Of a stretch of 32,000 nucleotides of DNA, positions 19,375 through 31,122 are shown one piece after another. Made by a program: the position numbers and the translations under genes. A model generated the notes under the pieces. The model saw nothing but the letters and a program-made list of their open reading frames with translations, was not told the origin of the DNA and ran no database searches. The first letter of the stretch is position 1. Every line of letters starts with the position of its first letter. The DNA is from Abyssicoccus albus (GTDB lineage: Bacteria; Bacillota; Bacilli; Staphylococcales; Abyssicoccaceae): positions 775,956 through 807,955 of the forward strand of contig NZ_RKRK01000002.1 of the NCBI RefSeq assembly GCF_003815035.1, read 5' to 3'.

Positions 19375-20136
19375 TTAACAATCATTAGCTTCTAACATAT
19401 AAGACAAAACACTCATCATATATATCGGGGCTGTTTCTGCTCTTAAAATTCTTCGGCCTAACCCAACAGTCATAACATGGTCATGTTGTTGGAGTTGATC
19501 TATTTCACTTGATGTAAAACCACCTTCTGGTCCAGTGATGCATAATACACTTGTAGAAGATTGAATTTGTTGTCGTAATTGACTTAAATGTGTATAGGAT
19601 TGATTAGATTTTACCGTTTCTTCATACGCTACGATCACAAGATCATAATCGGTTAACGAAAAGTTAGATAATGATTGAACATTGTGAATGGTAGGTATTC
19701 TATGTCGATACGATTGCTCACTCGACTCACTCGCCACTTTCACATACCGATCAATTCTCTTTTTTTCTTTTTTATGATTAAGTTTGACAATGGTCCGTTC
19801 ACTATTTAGTGGTATGAATGCATTGGCTCCAAGCTCTGTACACTTTTGAATGATTAACTCAGGCTTATCCCCTTTACTTAGGCCGAAAGCCATTGTGACA
19901 TCCACAGTCAACTCTGTCTGCTCATGAATGCGTGAAATGATTCGACAGCAAATACTTTCTTTATCAAGCTGTAAAACCTTAACTTGATAAGGTTCCTGTT
20001 CAATCATCAATATACATTTATCATCAATAGCCATTCTCATCACATTTCTCATATGATGAATAATGTCTTGATCGAAAATTGTAATCTCATCAAGTTCTTT
20101 AGTTCGTTCATAATGCTCAACAAAATAACGTTGCAT
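19375..20136 (-). CDS. rsmE: 16S rRNA (uracil(1498)-N(3))-methyltransferase
   Basis: 253 aa: MQRYFVEH, ITGPEGGFTSSEIDQL, VGLGRRILRAETAPIYMMSVLSY. Confidence 0.94.
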   Translation of the reverse strand: MQRYFVEHYERTKELDEITIFDQDIIHHMRNVMRMAIDDKCILMIEQEPYQVKVLQLDKESICCRIISRIHEQTELTVDVTMAFGLSKGDKPELIIQKCTELGANAFIPLNSERTIVKLNHKKEKKRIDRYVKVASESSEQSYRHRIPTIHNVQSLSNFSLTDYDLVIVAYEETVKSNQSYTHLSQLRQQIQSSTSVLCITGPEGGFTSSEIDQLQQHDHVMTVGLGRRILRAETAPIYMMSVLSYMLEANDC

Positions 20137-21071
20137 TATTGATCACGCTTTCTTGCAAGCAATGCTGTCCAGCCTTCTTTATGAGACTCATCAACCACTT
20201 CAAAGCCTACTTTATCCAATCTCGATTTAATTTCTTCACACTTCTCATCGATAATTCCACTCGAGATAAAATATCCACCTGATCGAAGTACGTCGTGTGC
20301 ATCTTCTATCATCAGATCAATAATGTGGGCTAATATATTCGCGATCACGATATCTTTCGAATCATGTGGAATATCTTTAAGCAAGTCACCTGTGTGAACA
20401 TTTATATGTTCTAAGCAATTATTGAGTTCAAAGTTTTCTTTAGCAACCTTAACAGCCATTCGATCAACATCTAATGCTTCGATTGAACGTGCTTTCAGAT
20501 GATGTGCACCAATGGATAAAATACCAGACCCCGTCCCTACATCAATGACATCTTTATCTTCAACTTCAATTTGTTCAAACATTTCTAAACACATGCTTGT
20601 TGTCGCATGATCTCCAGTACCAAATGCCATCCCTGGGTCTAATGAAATGACATGACGTGATGTTTGTTGGTCATATTTCTCCCAAGACGGCTCAATGACA
20701 AATTGATTTCCAATTTCAATCGGATGATAATATTGTTTCCATTCATTCTCCCAATCTTGCTCATTAATCGATTGAGTGGTGATATCTTCTCGATGAATTG
20801 GTAAATGATACGAAGAAATATTGGATAGAACTTCATCGATAATGTCTTGATCGAACTCTAATTCATTGAAATATGCTTTAATAACCATATGGTTATCTGG
20901 ATAATCTTTAGGGTCTAGTCTATAATCACGCTCAAAGTCTTCAACTTTTTGCTTGATGACGTCGATTGAATGCTCAATGGTCACACCTTTTGAGCCCATT
21001 TCATTCAGCATATATGATAAAGTTTCTTCATATTCATTACTCGTTTTGATACAAAGTTCAATCCATTTCAT
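20136..21071 (-). CDS. prmA: Ribosomal protein L11 methyltransferase
   Basis: 311 aa: DPGMAFGTGDHATTSMCLEMFE, DVGTGSGILSIGAHHL, DIVIANILAHII. Confidence 0.96.
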   Translation of the reverse strand: MKWIELCIKTSNEYEETLSYMLNEMGSKGVTIEHSIDVIKQKVEDFERDYRLDPKDYPDNHMVIKAYFNELEFDQDIIDEVLSNISSYHLPIHREDITTQSINEQDWENEWKQYYHPIEIGNQFVIEPSWEKYDQQTSRHVISLDPGMAFGTGDHATTSMCLEMFEQIEVEDKDVIDVGTGSGILSIGAHHLKARSIEALDVDRMAVKVAKENFELNNCLEHINVHTGDLLKDIPHDSKDIVIANILAHIIDLMIEDAHDVLRSGGYFISSGIIDEKCEEIKSRLDKVGFEVVDESHKEGWTALLARKRDQ

Positions 21072-21074
21072 CGT

Positions 21075-22211
21075 TTAATCTCCTTTAAAGAATTTACGTG
21101 TCTTATCGAAGAAATTATTCGGTTGTTCTTGTAATGTTTCACCGTTAATCTCAGCAAATTCTCTTAATAATTCTTGTTGGCGTTCGGTAAGTTTTGACGG
21201 TGTTTCGATGTTCACCGTGATAAACTGATCACCATGACCAAAACCACGCACATTTTTAACACCTTTATCTTTTAATCTAAATCTTTTACCTGTCTGAGTA
21301 CCTGCCGGAATTGTCAATTTCACTTTACCAGTTAACGTAGGGACTTCAATTTCATCACCTAACGCCGCTTGGCTAAATGAAATCATTTTCGATAGATGAA
21401 TATCATCACCATCTCTTGTGAATGTTGGGTGACTCTTAACTCTAAAGACGATATATAAATCTCCTTGTGGTCCGCCATTCACGCCTGGCTCACCTTTACC
21501 CGCTAAGCGAATTTTCTGCCCGGTATCGACACCTTCAGGAATATTCACTTTAATTTTGACATCTTTCGTATGCGTGCCTTCACCGTGACATTTATGACAT
21601 TTATGTTCAAACGTCTTACCAGAGCCTTGACAATCTGGACATGTCGTTTGTGTTGCAACACGACCAAATGGTGTATCTTGTTCTACTTGGACTTGTCCAA
21701 CACCTCGACATGTAGTACATGTATTCACTTTAGTGCCCGGTTTAGCACCTGATCCATTACATACTTCACATTCGACCTCTTTAGGAATCGTAATTTCTTT
21801 TTCTCCACCGAATACGGCTTCTTCAAAGTCTATTGACATCGTATATTGTAAATCAGAGCCTTGCCTTGGTGCATTTGGATCACGTCTAGCGCCACCTCCA
21901 AAGAACGAACTAAATATATCTTCAAAGCCGCCAAAGCCGCCAGCGTTGAATCCACCAAATCCTTGACCGCCTGCACCTTGTCCCATACCAGCATGGCCAA
22001 ATTGATCATATTGGGCTTTCTTTTGCTCATCACTTAATACTTCATACGCTTCAGCGATTTCTTTGAACTTCACATCTGCATCTTCATCTTTATTAATGTC
22101 TGGATGATATTTCTTAGATAGTTTTTTATATGCACGTTTAATTTCTTCTTTAGAAGCACCTTTTGATAAACCTAATACTTCATAATAATCTCGTTTCGCC
22201 ATATGATCCAC
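21075..22211 (-). CDS. dnaJ: Chaperone DnaJ
   Basis: 378 aa: J domain with HPD, G/F-rich region, four CxxCxGxG-type zinc repeats. Confidence 0.98.
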   Translation of the reverse strand: MDHMAKRDYYEVLGLSKGASKEEIKRAYKKLSKKYHPDINKDEDADVKFKEIAEAYEVLSDEQKKAQYDQFGHAGMGQGAGGQGFGGFNAGGFGGFEDIFSSFFGGGARRDPNAPRQGSDLQYTMSIDFEEAVFGGEKEITIPKEVECEVCNGSGAKPGTKVNTCTTCRGVGQVQVEQDTPFGRVATQTTCPDCQGSGKTFEHKCHKCHGEGTHTKDVKIKVNIPEGVDTGQKIRLAGKGEPGVNGGPQGDLYIVFRVKSHPTFTRDGDDIHLSKMISFSQAALGDEIEVPTLTGKVKLTIPAGTQTGKRFRLKDKGVKNVRGFGHGDQFITVNIETPSKLTERQQELLREFAEINGETLQEQPNNFFDKTRKFFKGD

Positions 22212-22268
22212 TCCTTCCGTAATTTATACACGTTATGATTATACCGTATATATACGATATGCTACAGT

Positions 22269-22310
22269 AAAAAGCCAAAGCCATTCAAAATTTGAAGACT
22301 TTGGCTTTTT
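22269..22310 (-). terminator. Intercistronic terminator-like hairpin between dnaK and dnaJ
   Basis: AAAAAGCCAAAG ... TTCAAA/TTTGAA ... CTTTGGCTTTTT, 12-bp outer stem. Confidence 0.7.
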
Positions 22311-22344
22311 CCATGTGCATTATAATCGTTTAAAAAGTTTTGCC

Positions 22345-24192
<1,848 letters not shown>

Positions 24193-24274
24193 CTAATTTT
24201 TAATTATATTGCTAACTTTATTAATTATTAAATGAATAAATAATTTATTGTAAATTGAACTTCTTAATATATGA

Positions 24275-24955
24275 TTACTCGCTAACTTTAACCATGCTTG
24301 GTCTAATCACACGATCTTTAAGTTTATAACCTTTTTGCATGCTCTCAATGATATATCCTGATTCCACATCGTCGTTCGCTTCTTGCATCACTGCTTGATG
24401 TAAATTCGGATCAAATTGAGCACCTTCGTCTTCAATGATTTCTAGACCGTGCTCTTTCAACGTGTTTAACAAACTATTGTATGTCATTTCAACGCCTTTA
24501 TAGAAACTATCTTCTTTGTCATTGAATTGAGATAACGCACGTTCAAAATTATCAAGTGTCGGTAATAATGATTCGATGACACTTTGTGATTTATATTTAT
24601 TCAATGTTTCGTATTCTTTACGAGTTCTCTTCTTGAAGTTCTCAGTTTCTGCAACGTATCTTAAATGCTTATCTTCTGCTAAGTCTTTATCTTGAACCAA
24701 TTGATCATATTCTGATTTACTCAGTTCAATGATTTCATCTTTAGAGGTTTCTTCATCAGAATTTCGCTCTAATGTTTCATCTGCAGTTGACTCTTCAGTA
24801 TGATTAGCATCTGAATTTTTCTGCACTTCATCATTTTCTGATTGTGTTGATTGACCATCTACTGAAACATGCTGTTCCATATCCACAACGTCTTCATGCC
24901 GTTGTTCATTTTGTTCACCCGTAGGTGATTGTTCCTTTTTATCCTTTTCCATCAA
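24275..24955 (-). CDS. grpE: Nucleotide exchange factor GrpE
   Basis: 226 aa: RYVAETENFKKRTRKEYE...LLPTLDNFERAL...GYKLKDRVIRPSMVKVSE. Confidence 0.97.
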   Translation of the reverse strand: MMEKDKKEQSPTGEQNEQRHEDVVDMEQHVSVDGQSTQSENDEVQKNSDANHTEESTADETLERNSDEETSKDEIIELSKSEYDQLVQDKDLAEDKHLRYVAETENFKKRTRKEYETLNKYKSQSVIESLLPTLDNFERALSQFNDKEDSFYKGVEMTYNSLLNTLKEHGLEIIEDEGAQFDPNLHQAVMQEANDDVESGYIIESMQKGYKLKDRVIRPSMVKVSE

Positions 24956-25018
24956 AAAACGACCTCCTTTAGGTGCACATTCTATCTTGATGATAACAAA
25001 ATTGTATTTTTTTATAAT

Positions 25019-26026
25019 TTATACCCCTAGTTTAGATATCGTTCTAAACATCGGGATGATTTCTTTGTAGTTCATTGTCATAGGACCGACAATTGCAATC
25101 GTCGTATCATACCCTTCATACCATTCAACTTGAGTCGATACGAAGCTAATTCCTTCAATTGTCTCCTCAAAATCACTACCGAATGTAACGTCTACCCCAT
25201 CAAGTGTAGAATGAAACGGGACTTCATTCAATTCATCTGTTTCAAAAATTTTCAGCAAAGCCTTCATCGATTCTATGTTTTGCTCATTGATTTGATTTAA
25301 CAACCGATCTTTACCGCTAATAATCGTTTCATTTTGTTGCTTTAATGGATTCAATGCTTCATGTTGAATGAGCATCGTAAACCATTTCACTAAATTATAC
25401 TCACTCGATACGTGTTGAATAAACATTTCTTGCATATATTCCTCAACATTGGAATGAACATCATCTCCTCGTTTACCTTGCTGAATAATATTAGAAATGA
25501 CCGGTAAACTATCGATATGAATGTTCCTTGGTAAATCAATCATACTTTTCAAAATGCGTTGATTGTTATAAACAACGATTAATACCGCATGAATTGTTCC
25601 AAGAGGTGTAATATATACATTCGTAATGCTAGGTTGCTGTTGTAATTCAGTTGTAATTAAAGTCGTTTGTTCGGTCGTATGAGCAATACTATCTGCGAGT
25701 GTTGACCATAATATATTCGGTTCTTCAATGAATGTATTCACGATCGTTTGAATCCATTCAAGTTCATGCTGGTCAGCCATATCAAAATTCATTAAGTCAT
25801 TAATATATATCATTAACCCTTCATTCGAAGGGACTCGACCTGATGAATGATGTGGCTTCAATAAATAACCTAACTTCTCTAATTGAGACATCTCATTGCG
25901 AATTGTAGCAGAAGAGATATTCAATTGATAACGGTCAAGCAGTGCATTAGAACCAATCGGCTGTACTTCATCAATAAATGCATCTACAATAACATTTAAC
26001 AGTTGTTGCTGTCGATTTGTCAGCAC
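25019..26026 (-). CDS. hrcA: Heat-inducible transcription repressor HrcA (GTG start)
   Basis: 335 aa: LLNVIVDAFIDEVQPIGSNALLDRYQLNISSATIRNEMSQLEKLGYLLKPHHSSGRVPS; RBS GAGGTG. Confidence 0.97.
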   Translation of the reverse strand: MLTNRQQQLLNVIVDAFIDEVQPIGSNALLDRYQLNISSATIRNEMSQLEKLGYLLKPHHSSGRVPSNEGLMIYINDLMNFDMADQHELEWIQTIVNTFIEEPNILWSTLADSIAHTTEQTTLITTELQQQPSITNVYITPLGTIHAVLIVVYNNQRILKSMIDLPRNIHIDSLPVISNIIQQGKRGDDVHSNVEEYMQEMFIQHVSSEYNLVKWFTMLIQHEALNPLKQQNETIISGKDRLLNQINEQNIESMKALLKIFETDELNEVPFHSTLDGVDVTFGSDFEETIEGISFVSTQVEWYEGYDTTIAIVGPMTMNYKEIIPMFRTISKLGV

Positions 26027-26039
26027 ATGAACACCTCAT

Positions 26040-26066
26040 TTAGCACTCATCTGTATCAAGTGCTAA
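26040..26066. promoter_or_regulatory. CIRCE element (HrcA operator)
   Basis: TTAGCACTC-N9-AAGTGCTAA: one mismatch to the consensus TTAGCACTC-N9-GAGTGCTAA, directly upstream of hrcA. Confidence 0.95.
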
Positions 26067-26083
26067 TTATAATTTATCAAATT

Positions 26084-26100
26084 GGTCAAAATAAGTCAAC
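26084..26100. promoter_or_regulatory. CtsR operator-like direct heptad repeat
   Basis: GGTCAAA-ATA-AGTCAAC against the CtsR consensus RGTCAAA-NAN-RGTCAAA, next to CIRCE. Confidence 0.85.
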
Positions 26101-26146
26101 AAATAGACTTAACTTTTTTTCTCTATAATTGATCTGTTATTTATTA

Positions 26147-27295
26147 TCAATCTTGATCATCAATAATAAAGTGACTTAACACTTCGTTTGCATGTCTTTT
26201 TCCTTTTTTCGTTAAATAAATATCATCACCATTTAATGGATTCACTTCAATCATTTGATGATAAATCAATTGATTCAAAGGCACTTCATAAATAGATTCG
26301 AGTGTCACGCCGTAACGTCTTTCAAATTCTGTACGGCTAACCCCTTCTGTTTTCCTTAATCCTAAAAACATAAATTCTTCGTATTGTTCTTTCAATGTCA
26401 CTGGATGCTCATCACGTCTTGCATGATGATGTTTCTTAATCGATTCAATATAATGATTCACTGGATTAATGTTGGAGTATCTAACACCATCAACATACCC
26501 GTGTGCGCCTGCACCAAAACCATAATAATAATCATTATTCCAATACGTTAAATTATGTTTTGACTGATGCTCTTCACTTGTTGCAAAGTTCGATGTTTCA
26601 TACCGCTTCATTTGAACTTGTTCCATCATGGACTCTATCATTTCATCCATCTCATCAATAGTTGTTTCTGTTGGCAGTTCTAATTTAGATTTTCTATAGG
26701 CGTTATACATCATTGTTTGAGGTTCCAATATCAATCCATAAATAGATATATGGTCAATTGGTAAATTCAACGCTATTTCAAGCGAAGATTTTAGCTGATC
26801 TAAAGATTGATTAGGTAATTCAGACATTAGATCGAGTGATATTGATTCTATTCCAACGTCTTTCGCTTTATAAACAGATTGAATCGCTTGATCTTTAGAA
26901 TGTGCTCTTCCTAATACATTCAATAACTCCGCATCAAATGTTTGTACACCAATTGATAATCGATTCACACCATGTGCTTTTAAACATTCAATTTTATCAT
27001 CCGTTAACTCTTCTGGATTCGCTTCAACGGTCAATTCTTCTATACCATTAAATTGTTCATATATTGCTTTGAATAACCTTTTTAATTGTTCAATAGAGAG
27101 CGCTGTCGGCGTACCTCCACCGATAAATACAGTCTGCATTGATTGTTTAGGCACACTTTTTATTTCTTTAATGAGCTGGTCAATATACTCATCAACGGGC
27201 TGGGTATCTATATAATATTTGTTAAAATCACAATAAGTACATATATGTTTACAAAATGGGATATGAATATATGCACTATTTATCTTAGTATTCAT
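26147..27295 (-). CDS. hemW: Radical SAM heme chaperone HemW (oxygen-independent coproporphyrinogen oxidase-like)
   Basis: 382 aa: AYIHIPFCKHICTYCDFNKY, FIGGGTPTAL, RLSIGVQTFDAELLNVLGRAHS. Confidence 0.95.
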   Translation of the reverse strand: MNTKINSAYIHIPFCKHICTYCDFNKYYIDTQPVDEYIDQLIKEIKSVPKQSMQTVFIGGGTPTALSIEQLKRLFKAIYEQFNGIEELTVEANPEELTDDKIECLKAHGVNRLSIGVQTFDAELLNVLGRAHSKDQAIQSVYKAKDVGIESISLDLMSELPNQSLDQLKSSLEIALNLPIDHISIYGLILEPQTMMYNAYRKSKLELPTETTIDEMDEMIESMMEQVQMKRYETSNFATSEEHQSKHNLTYWNNDYYYGFGAGAHGYVDGVRYSNINPVNHYIESIKKHHHARRDEHPVTLKEQYEEFMFLGLRKTEGVSRTEFERRYGVTLESIYEVPLNQLIYHQMIEVNPLNGDDIYLTKKGKRHANEVLSHFIIDDQD

Positions 27296-27470
27296 ATAAT
27301 ACTCCTTTCTTCTACTTTTTATATTTTAGCGAATTGTTATTATCATTATAAATTTAATTTCTTTTTAATCATTATTTCTATTCTTTAATCTTTATATAAT
27401 TAACGATAATCTCAATCTATCATTTAATTTATCAGTCATTTTATTGTTGAATAGATAAACATATCTTCAT

Positions 27471-27497
27471 AAAAAAAGTGACTCTTAAGAGTCACTT
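27471..27497 (-). terminator. Intrinsic terminator downstream of lepA
   Basis: Minus strand AAGTGACTCTTAAGAGTCACTTTTTTT; 22-nt palindrome (27476-27497) plus a 7-T run. Confidence 0.88.
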
Positions 27498-27548
27498 AAT
27501 CTATCTTCTATTATACTTTCTCACTTCTTTTTGAACTAATGATAAACC

Positions 27549-29372
27549 TTATTCATCATCCATCTTCAATACAGCAAGGAATGCTTCTTGTGGAATCTCC
27601 ACCGAGCCAACAGCTTTCATCTTCGCTTTTCCGGCTTTTTGTTTTTCTAATAATTTACGTTTACGTGAAATATCTCCACCGTAACATTTACTCAATACAT
27701 TTTTACCCATAGATTTAATATTTGTTCTTGAAATAATCTTTTGACCAATGGCTGCTTGAACTGGTACTTCAAATTGCTGTCGTGGAATTAACGTTTTCAA
27801 TTTTTCAACGATTGCTTTACCACGTTCATATGCAAAGTCACGATGTACAATAAAGCTTAGCGCATCGACTTGATCACCGTTCAATAAGATATCCATTTTC
27901 ACAAGCTTACTTTCTTGATATCCTGACAATTCGTAATCGAATGATGCATAACCTTTCGTATTAGACTTTAATTGGTCAAAGAAATCAAAGACGATTTCCG
28001 ATAACGGAATTTCATAAATAATATTGACACGAATATCGTCTAAATAGTCCATAGTCATAAAATTACCACGTTTTTTCTGGCATAATTCCATCACCGACCC
28101 CACAAAATCATTCGGTACCATAATTTCTGCTTTAACATATGGCTCTTCAATTTTATCGATTTTTTGCGGATCTGGCATCTGTGCTGGATTATCAACTTCT
28201 ATCATATGACCGTCAGTCGTATAAACATGATAAATTACAGAAGGTGCTGTCGCGATCAATTCAATACCAAATTCTCTTTCAATACGTTCTTGGATAATCT
28301 CCATATGCAATAAACCAAGGAACCCTGCACGAAAACCAAATCCTAGCGCTTGAGACGTCTCAGGTTCATATTGTAGTGATGAATCATTCAGTTCTAGCTT
28401 TTCCAATGCATCACGTAAGTCATTGTAATCTCCACTATCGATTGGATAGATTCCACAGAATACCATTGGGTTCATCTTTTTATAACCTGGAAGTGCTTCA
28501 GGGGTTGGGTTTGCTGCGTGAGTCATCGTATCACCAACTCTAGCATCACTGACATTTTTAATACTCGCTACGACAAAACCGACATCACCAACATTCAATT
28601 CATCCACTCGCATTGGCTTCGGTGTATTGATACCGACTTCAGTCACTTCGAATTCTTTGCCCGTCGCCATCATTTTGATTTTTTCACCAGGTTTGACTGA
28701 ACCGTCAACAATCCTTACCGAAGAAATGACACCTTTATATGCATCATAAACTGAATCAAAAATTAACGCTTTTAGGGGTGCATTAGGATCTCCGTTTGGC
28801 GCTGGAACGTTCTGGACAACTTGCTCCAATATTTCTTCGATACCGATATTTGCTTTCGCACTTGCAAGGACTGCTTCACTAGCGTCAATTCCAATAACAT
28901 TTTCTATTTCATCACGAACAACTTCTGGTTGGGCTGCAGGTAAGTCAATTTTGTTAATGACAGGTAATAATTCAAGATCATTATCTAATGCTAAATAAAC
29001 ATTCGCTAACGTCTGTGCTTCAATACCTTGTGCTGCGTCGACAACTAATATGGCTCCTTCACACGCTGCAAGAGATCTAGACACTTCGTATGTAAAATCG
29101 ACATGCCCAGGTGTATCAATTAAATGGAAAATATATTCTTCTCCATCTTTTGCAACGTACTTTAATTGAACAGCATTTAATTTAATTGTAATCCCACGTT
29201 CACGTTCCAAATCCATCGAATCTAATAATTGTGATTTCATTTCACGGCTTTCAACCGTTTTTGTATTTTCTAATAAGCGATCAGCGAGCGTTGATTTGCC
29301 GTGATCAATATGTGCAATGATTGAAAAATTCCTTATATGTTTTTGTCTTTCACTCTTATTTTCAAAAGTCAT
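27549..29372 (-). CDS. lepA: Elongation factor 4 (LepA)
   Basis: 607 aa: [61 protein letters not shown]-terminal [40 protein letters not shown]. Confidence 0.99.
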   Translation of the reverse strand: MTFENKSERQKHIRNFSIIAHIDHGKSTLADRLLENTKTVESREMKSQLLDSMDLERERGITIKLNAVQLKYVAKDGEEYIFHLIDTPGHVDFTYEVSRSLAACEGAILVVDAAQGIEAQTLANVYLALDNDLELLPVINKIDLPAAQPEVVRDEIENVIGIDASEAVLASAKANIGIEEILEQVVQNVPAPNGDPNAPLKALIFDSVYDAYKGVISSVRIVDGSVKPGEKIKMMATGKEFEVTEVGINTPKPMRVDELNVGDVGFVVASIKNVSDARVGDTMTHAANPTPEALPGYKKMNPMVFCGIYPIDSGDYNDLRDALEKLELNDSSLQYEPETSQALGFGFRAGFLGLLHMEIIQERIEREFGIELIATAPSVIYHVYTTDGHMIEVDNPAQMPDPQKIDKIEEPYVKAEIMVPNDFVGSVMELCQKKRGNFMTMDYLDDIRVNIIYEIPLSEIVFDFFDQLKSNTKGYASFDYELSGYQESKLVKMDILLNGDQVDALSFIVHRDFAYERGKAIVEKLKTLIPRQQFEVPVQAAIGQKIISRTNIKSMGKNVLSKCYGGDISRKRKLLEKQKAGKAKMKAVGSVEIPQEAFLAVLKMDDE

Positions 29373-29547
29373 CCAATAATCCTACTTTCTATTAAGCTCC
29401 GTAATTATACGTTTGATTATATCAATTAGAACGCTTAGTTTCAATCTTCTATTGCATTGTCCTGTTTATTTTGATAAAATGTTTTTTGTTGCAATCAATT
29501 TATAAGATTGGTTAGACAGGGATATATTTTGTTCGGAGGTGAAATAA

Positions 29548-29799
29548 ATGCCAAATATTAAATCAGCAATTAAGCGTGTAACGACTTCACAAACTCGTCA
29601 TGACCGTAATATCGCTCAAAAGAACGAAATGCGTACTGCAGTCAAAAAAGCATTAGCTGCAAAATCTGAAGGGTCAGACAACGCTCAAGACTTATTAAAC
29701 AACGCAATTAAATTAGTTGATAAAGCGAACCAAAGCAACTTAATTCATACGAATAAAGCCGCTCGCCTTAAATCTAAATTAATGAGCAAAAACGCATAA
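29548..29799 (+). CDS. rpsT: 30S ribosomal protein S20
   Basis: 83 aa MPNIKSAIKRVTTSQTRHDRNIAQKNEMRTAVKKAL...; RBS GGAGGTG. Confidence 0.97.
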   Translation: MPNIKSAIKRVTTSQTRHDRNIAQKNEMRTAVKKALAAKSEGSDNAQDLLNNAIKLVDKANQSNLIHTNKAARLKSKLMSKNA

Positions 29800-29807
29800 T
29801 AATGCAC

Positions 29808-29848
29808 AAAAAGAACAGGATTCTAACCTTAGAATCCTGTTCTTTTTT
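29808..29848. terminator. Bidirectional terminator between convergent rpsT and holA
   Basis: AAAAAGAACAGGATTCTAA-CC-TTAGAATCCTGTTCTTTTT, 19-nt complementary arms. Confidence 0.93.
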
Positions 29849-29855
29849 GTAAATA

Positions 29856-30818
29856 TTATAAATTAGCAACATACAATTGCATAACCGCTTCTTTATCTAG
29901 TGCTGTATCTTTCAGTTTAAAATCAAGCTCGGCACAAATATTTAACATCGCCAGTATATCCATTAACTCTAATCGATGACATTGCTCTAATGCTAATTGA
30001 ATTCTGAAGTGGTGAACACCAAGTGTTTTTCCAATTTCGAATTTATTCATCCCTTTCATACTTAATAGCTTTGTTTGGTAATACAACCTATATTGAGAAG
30101 CAATTAAACCAAGTAAAGCAATTGGCTCTTCTTTTCTTAAAATTAATTCACTTATCTTTTTAGCAGCAAGTTGTTTTTTTCCTGATTTAATTAAGTCAGT
30201 TAGTATGTAAATCTCTTCTTCGATTGATTCAGGTACAATATCGTTAATCGCCTCTAATGTAATCACTCTCGAATCGTACGTGTATGTTTTCAACTTCTCA
30301 ATTTCTATATCAGCTTGTTGAAGGTTCACACCAATTCTTTCGATAAATCTTTTCATCGCTGGTTGATCCATCGTGTAGTCGTCTTTAGCAAGTTGCTCTG
30401 TGATATAATGACTGAATTGACGCTCAGAAGGAGGTTCAACCGCAGTTGCTCGGTGAGAAGATTCTATCAGTTTTGTAATTTTTTTTCGACCATCTAATTT
30501 TTCTTGATACACTTCGAAAATGACATGATTATCTACTTGTTGCTCTAACAAGTCTAACCACATCGATATTTCTTCTTTCGTCACTTGTTTATCCTTTGAA
30601 CCGGTAAACATTGTTGCGTTCTTAATGACAACAACTTTCTCTAGTGAGAACATTGGAAGTGTTAATATTTCCTCAATCACTTCATTTGTCGTATTATGTT
30701 CTAAAGACATTACCACACAATTAAATTCATCACGTGGTTCAGATAATAACGATTTAATTCGTTCATCTCTAGTTCTTTTAACCATTTGCTCGTCATTTGA
30801 ATAGAGTATTTCAATCAT
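29856..30818 (-). CDS. holA: DNA polymerase III subunit delta
   Basis: 320 aa: MIEILYSNDEQMVKRTRDERI...VFEVYQEKLDGRKKITKLI...EPIALLGLIASQYRLYYQTKLL; conserved position between rpsT and comEC. Confidence 0.93.
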   Translation of the reverse strand: MIEILYSNDEQMVKRTRDERIKSLLSEPRDEFNCVVMSLEHNTTNEVIEEILTLPMFSLEKVVVIKNATMFTGSKDKQVTKEEISMWLDLLEQQVDNHVIFEVYQEKLDGRKKITKLIESSHRATAVEPPSERQFSHYITEQLAKDDYTMDQPAMKRFIERIGVNLQQADIEIEKLKTYTYDSRVITLEAINDIVPESIEEEIYILTDLIKSGKKQLAAKKISELILRKEEPIALLGLIASQYRLYYQTKLLSMKGMNKFEIGKTLGVHHFRIQLALEQCHRLELMDILAMLNICAELDFKLKDTALDKEAVMQLYVANL

Positions 30819-30920
30819 AAGGTCACACCCATGTGTAAATTTCTGATGAATAAATTGAAATATTCATAGATTTATTATTTATTTTATCATATAATACTAA
30901 TTAAATAGGAGGGATTTTAC

Positions 30921-31055
30921 GTGAACAAATTTGAACATGACGTACAATCTAAAAATAACGACGTAGCAGATTCAGCCATTGGATTCTTAACAATGTTTGG
31001 GTGTCTTGCAACAATTTATATCATTGCACAAGTTTTCCAAATTGTCGCAGGTTAG
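30921..31055 (+). CDS. yqzM: YqzM-family small membrane protein, 44 aa (GTG start)
   Basis: MNKFEHDVQSKNNDVADSAIGFLTMFGCLATIYIIAQVFQIVAG*; RBS AGGAGGG; same context as Bacillus yqzM near comEC/holA. Not in the supplied ORF track. Confidence 0.88.
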   Translation: MNKFEHDVQSKNNDVADSAIGFLTMFGCLATIYIIAQVFQIVAG

Positions 31056-31089
31056 TCACAGGTTAATCACTTTTTATCATTTAATGACA

Positions 31090-31122
31090 GGAGTAATCGT
31101 AGAATACACGGTTACTCCTTTT
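31090..31122 (+). terminator. Terminator-like hairpin downstream of yqzM, overlapping the comEC stop codon
   Basis: GGAGTAATCGT-AGAATAC-ACGGTTACTCC followed by TTTT; one G:T pair. Confidence 0.7.
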
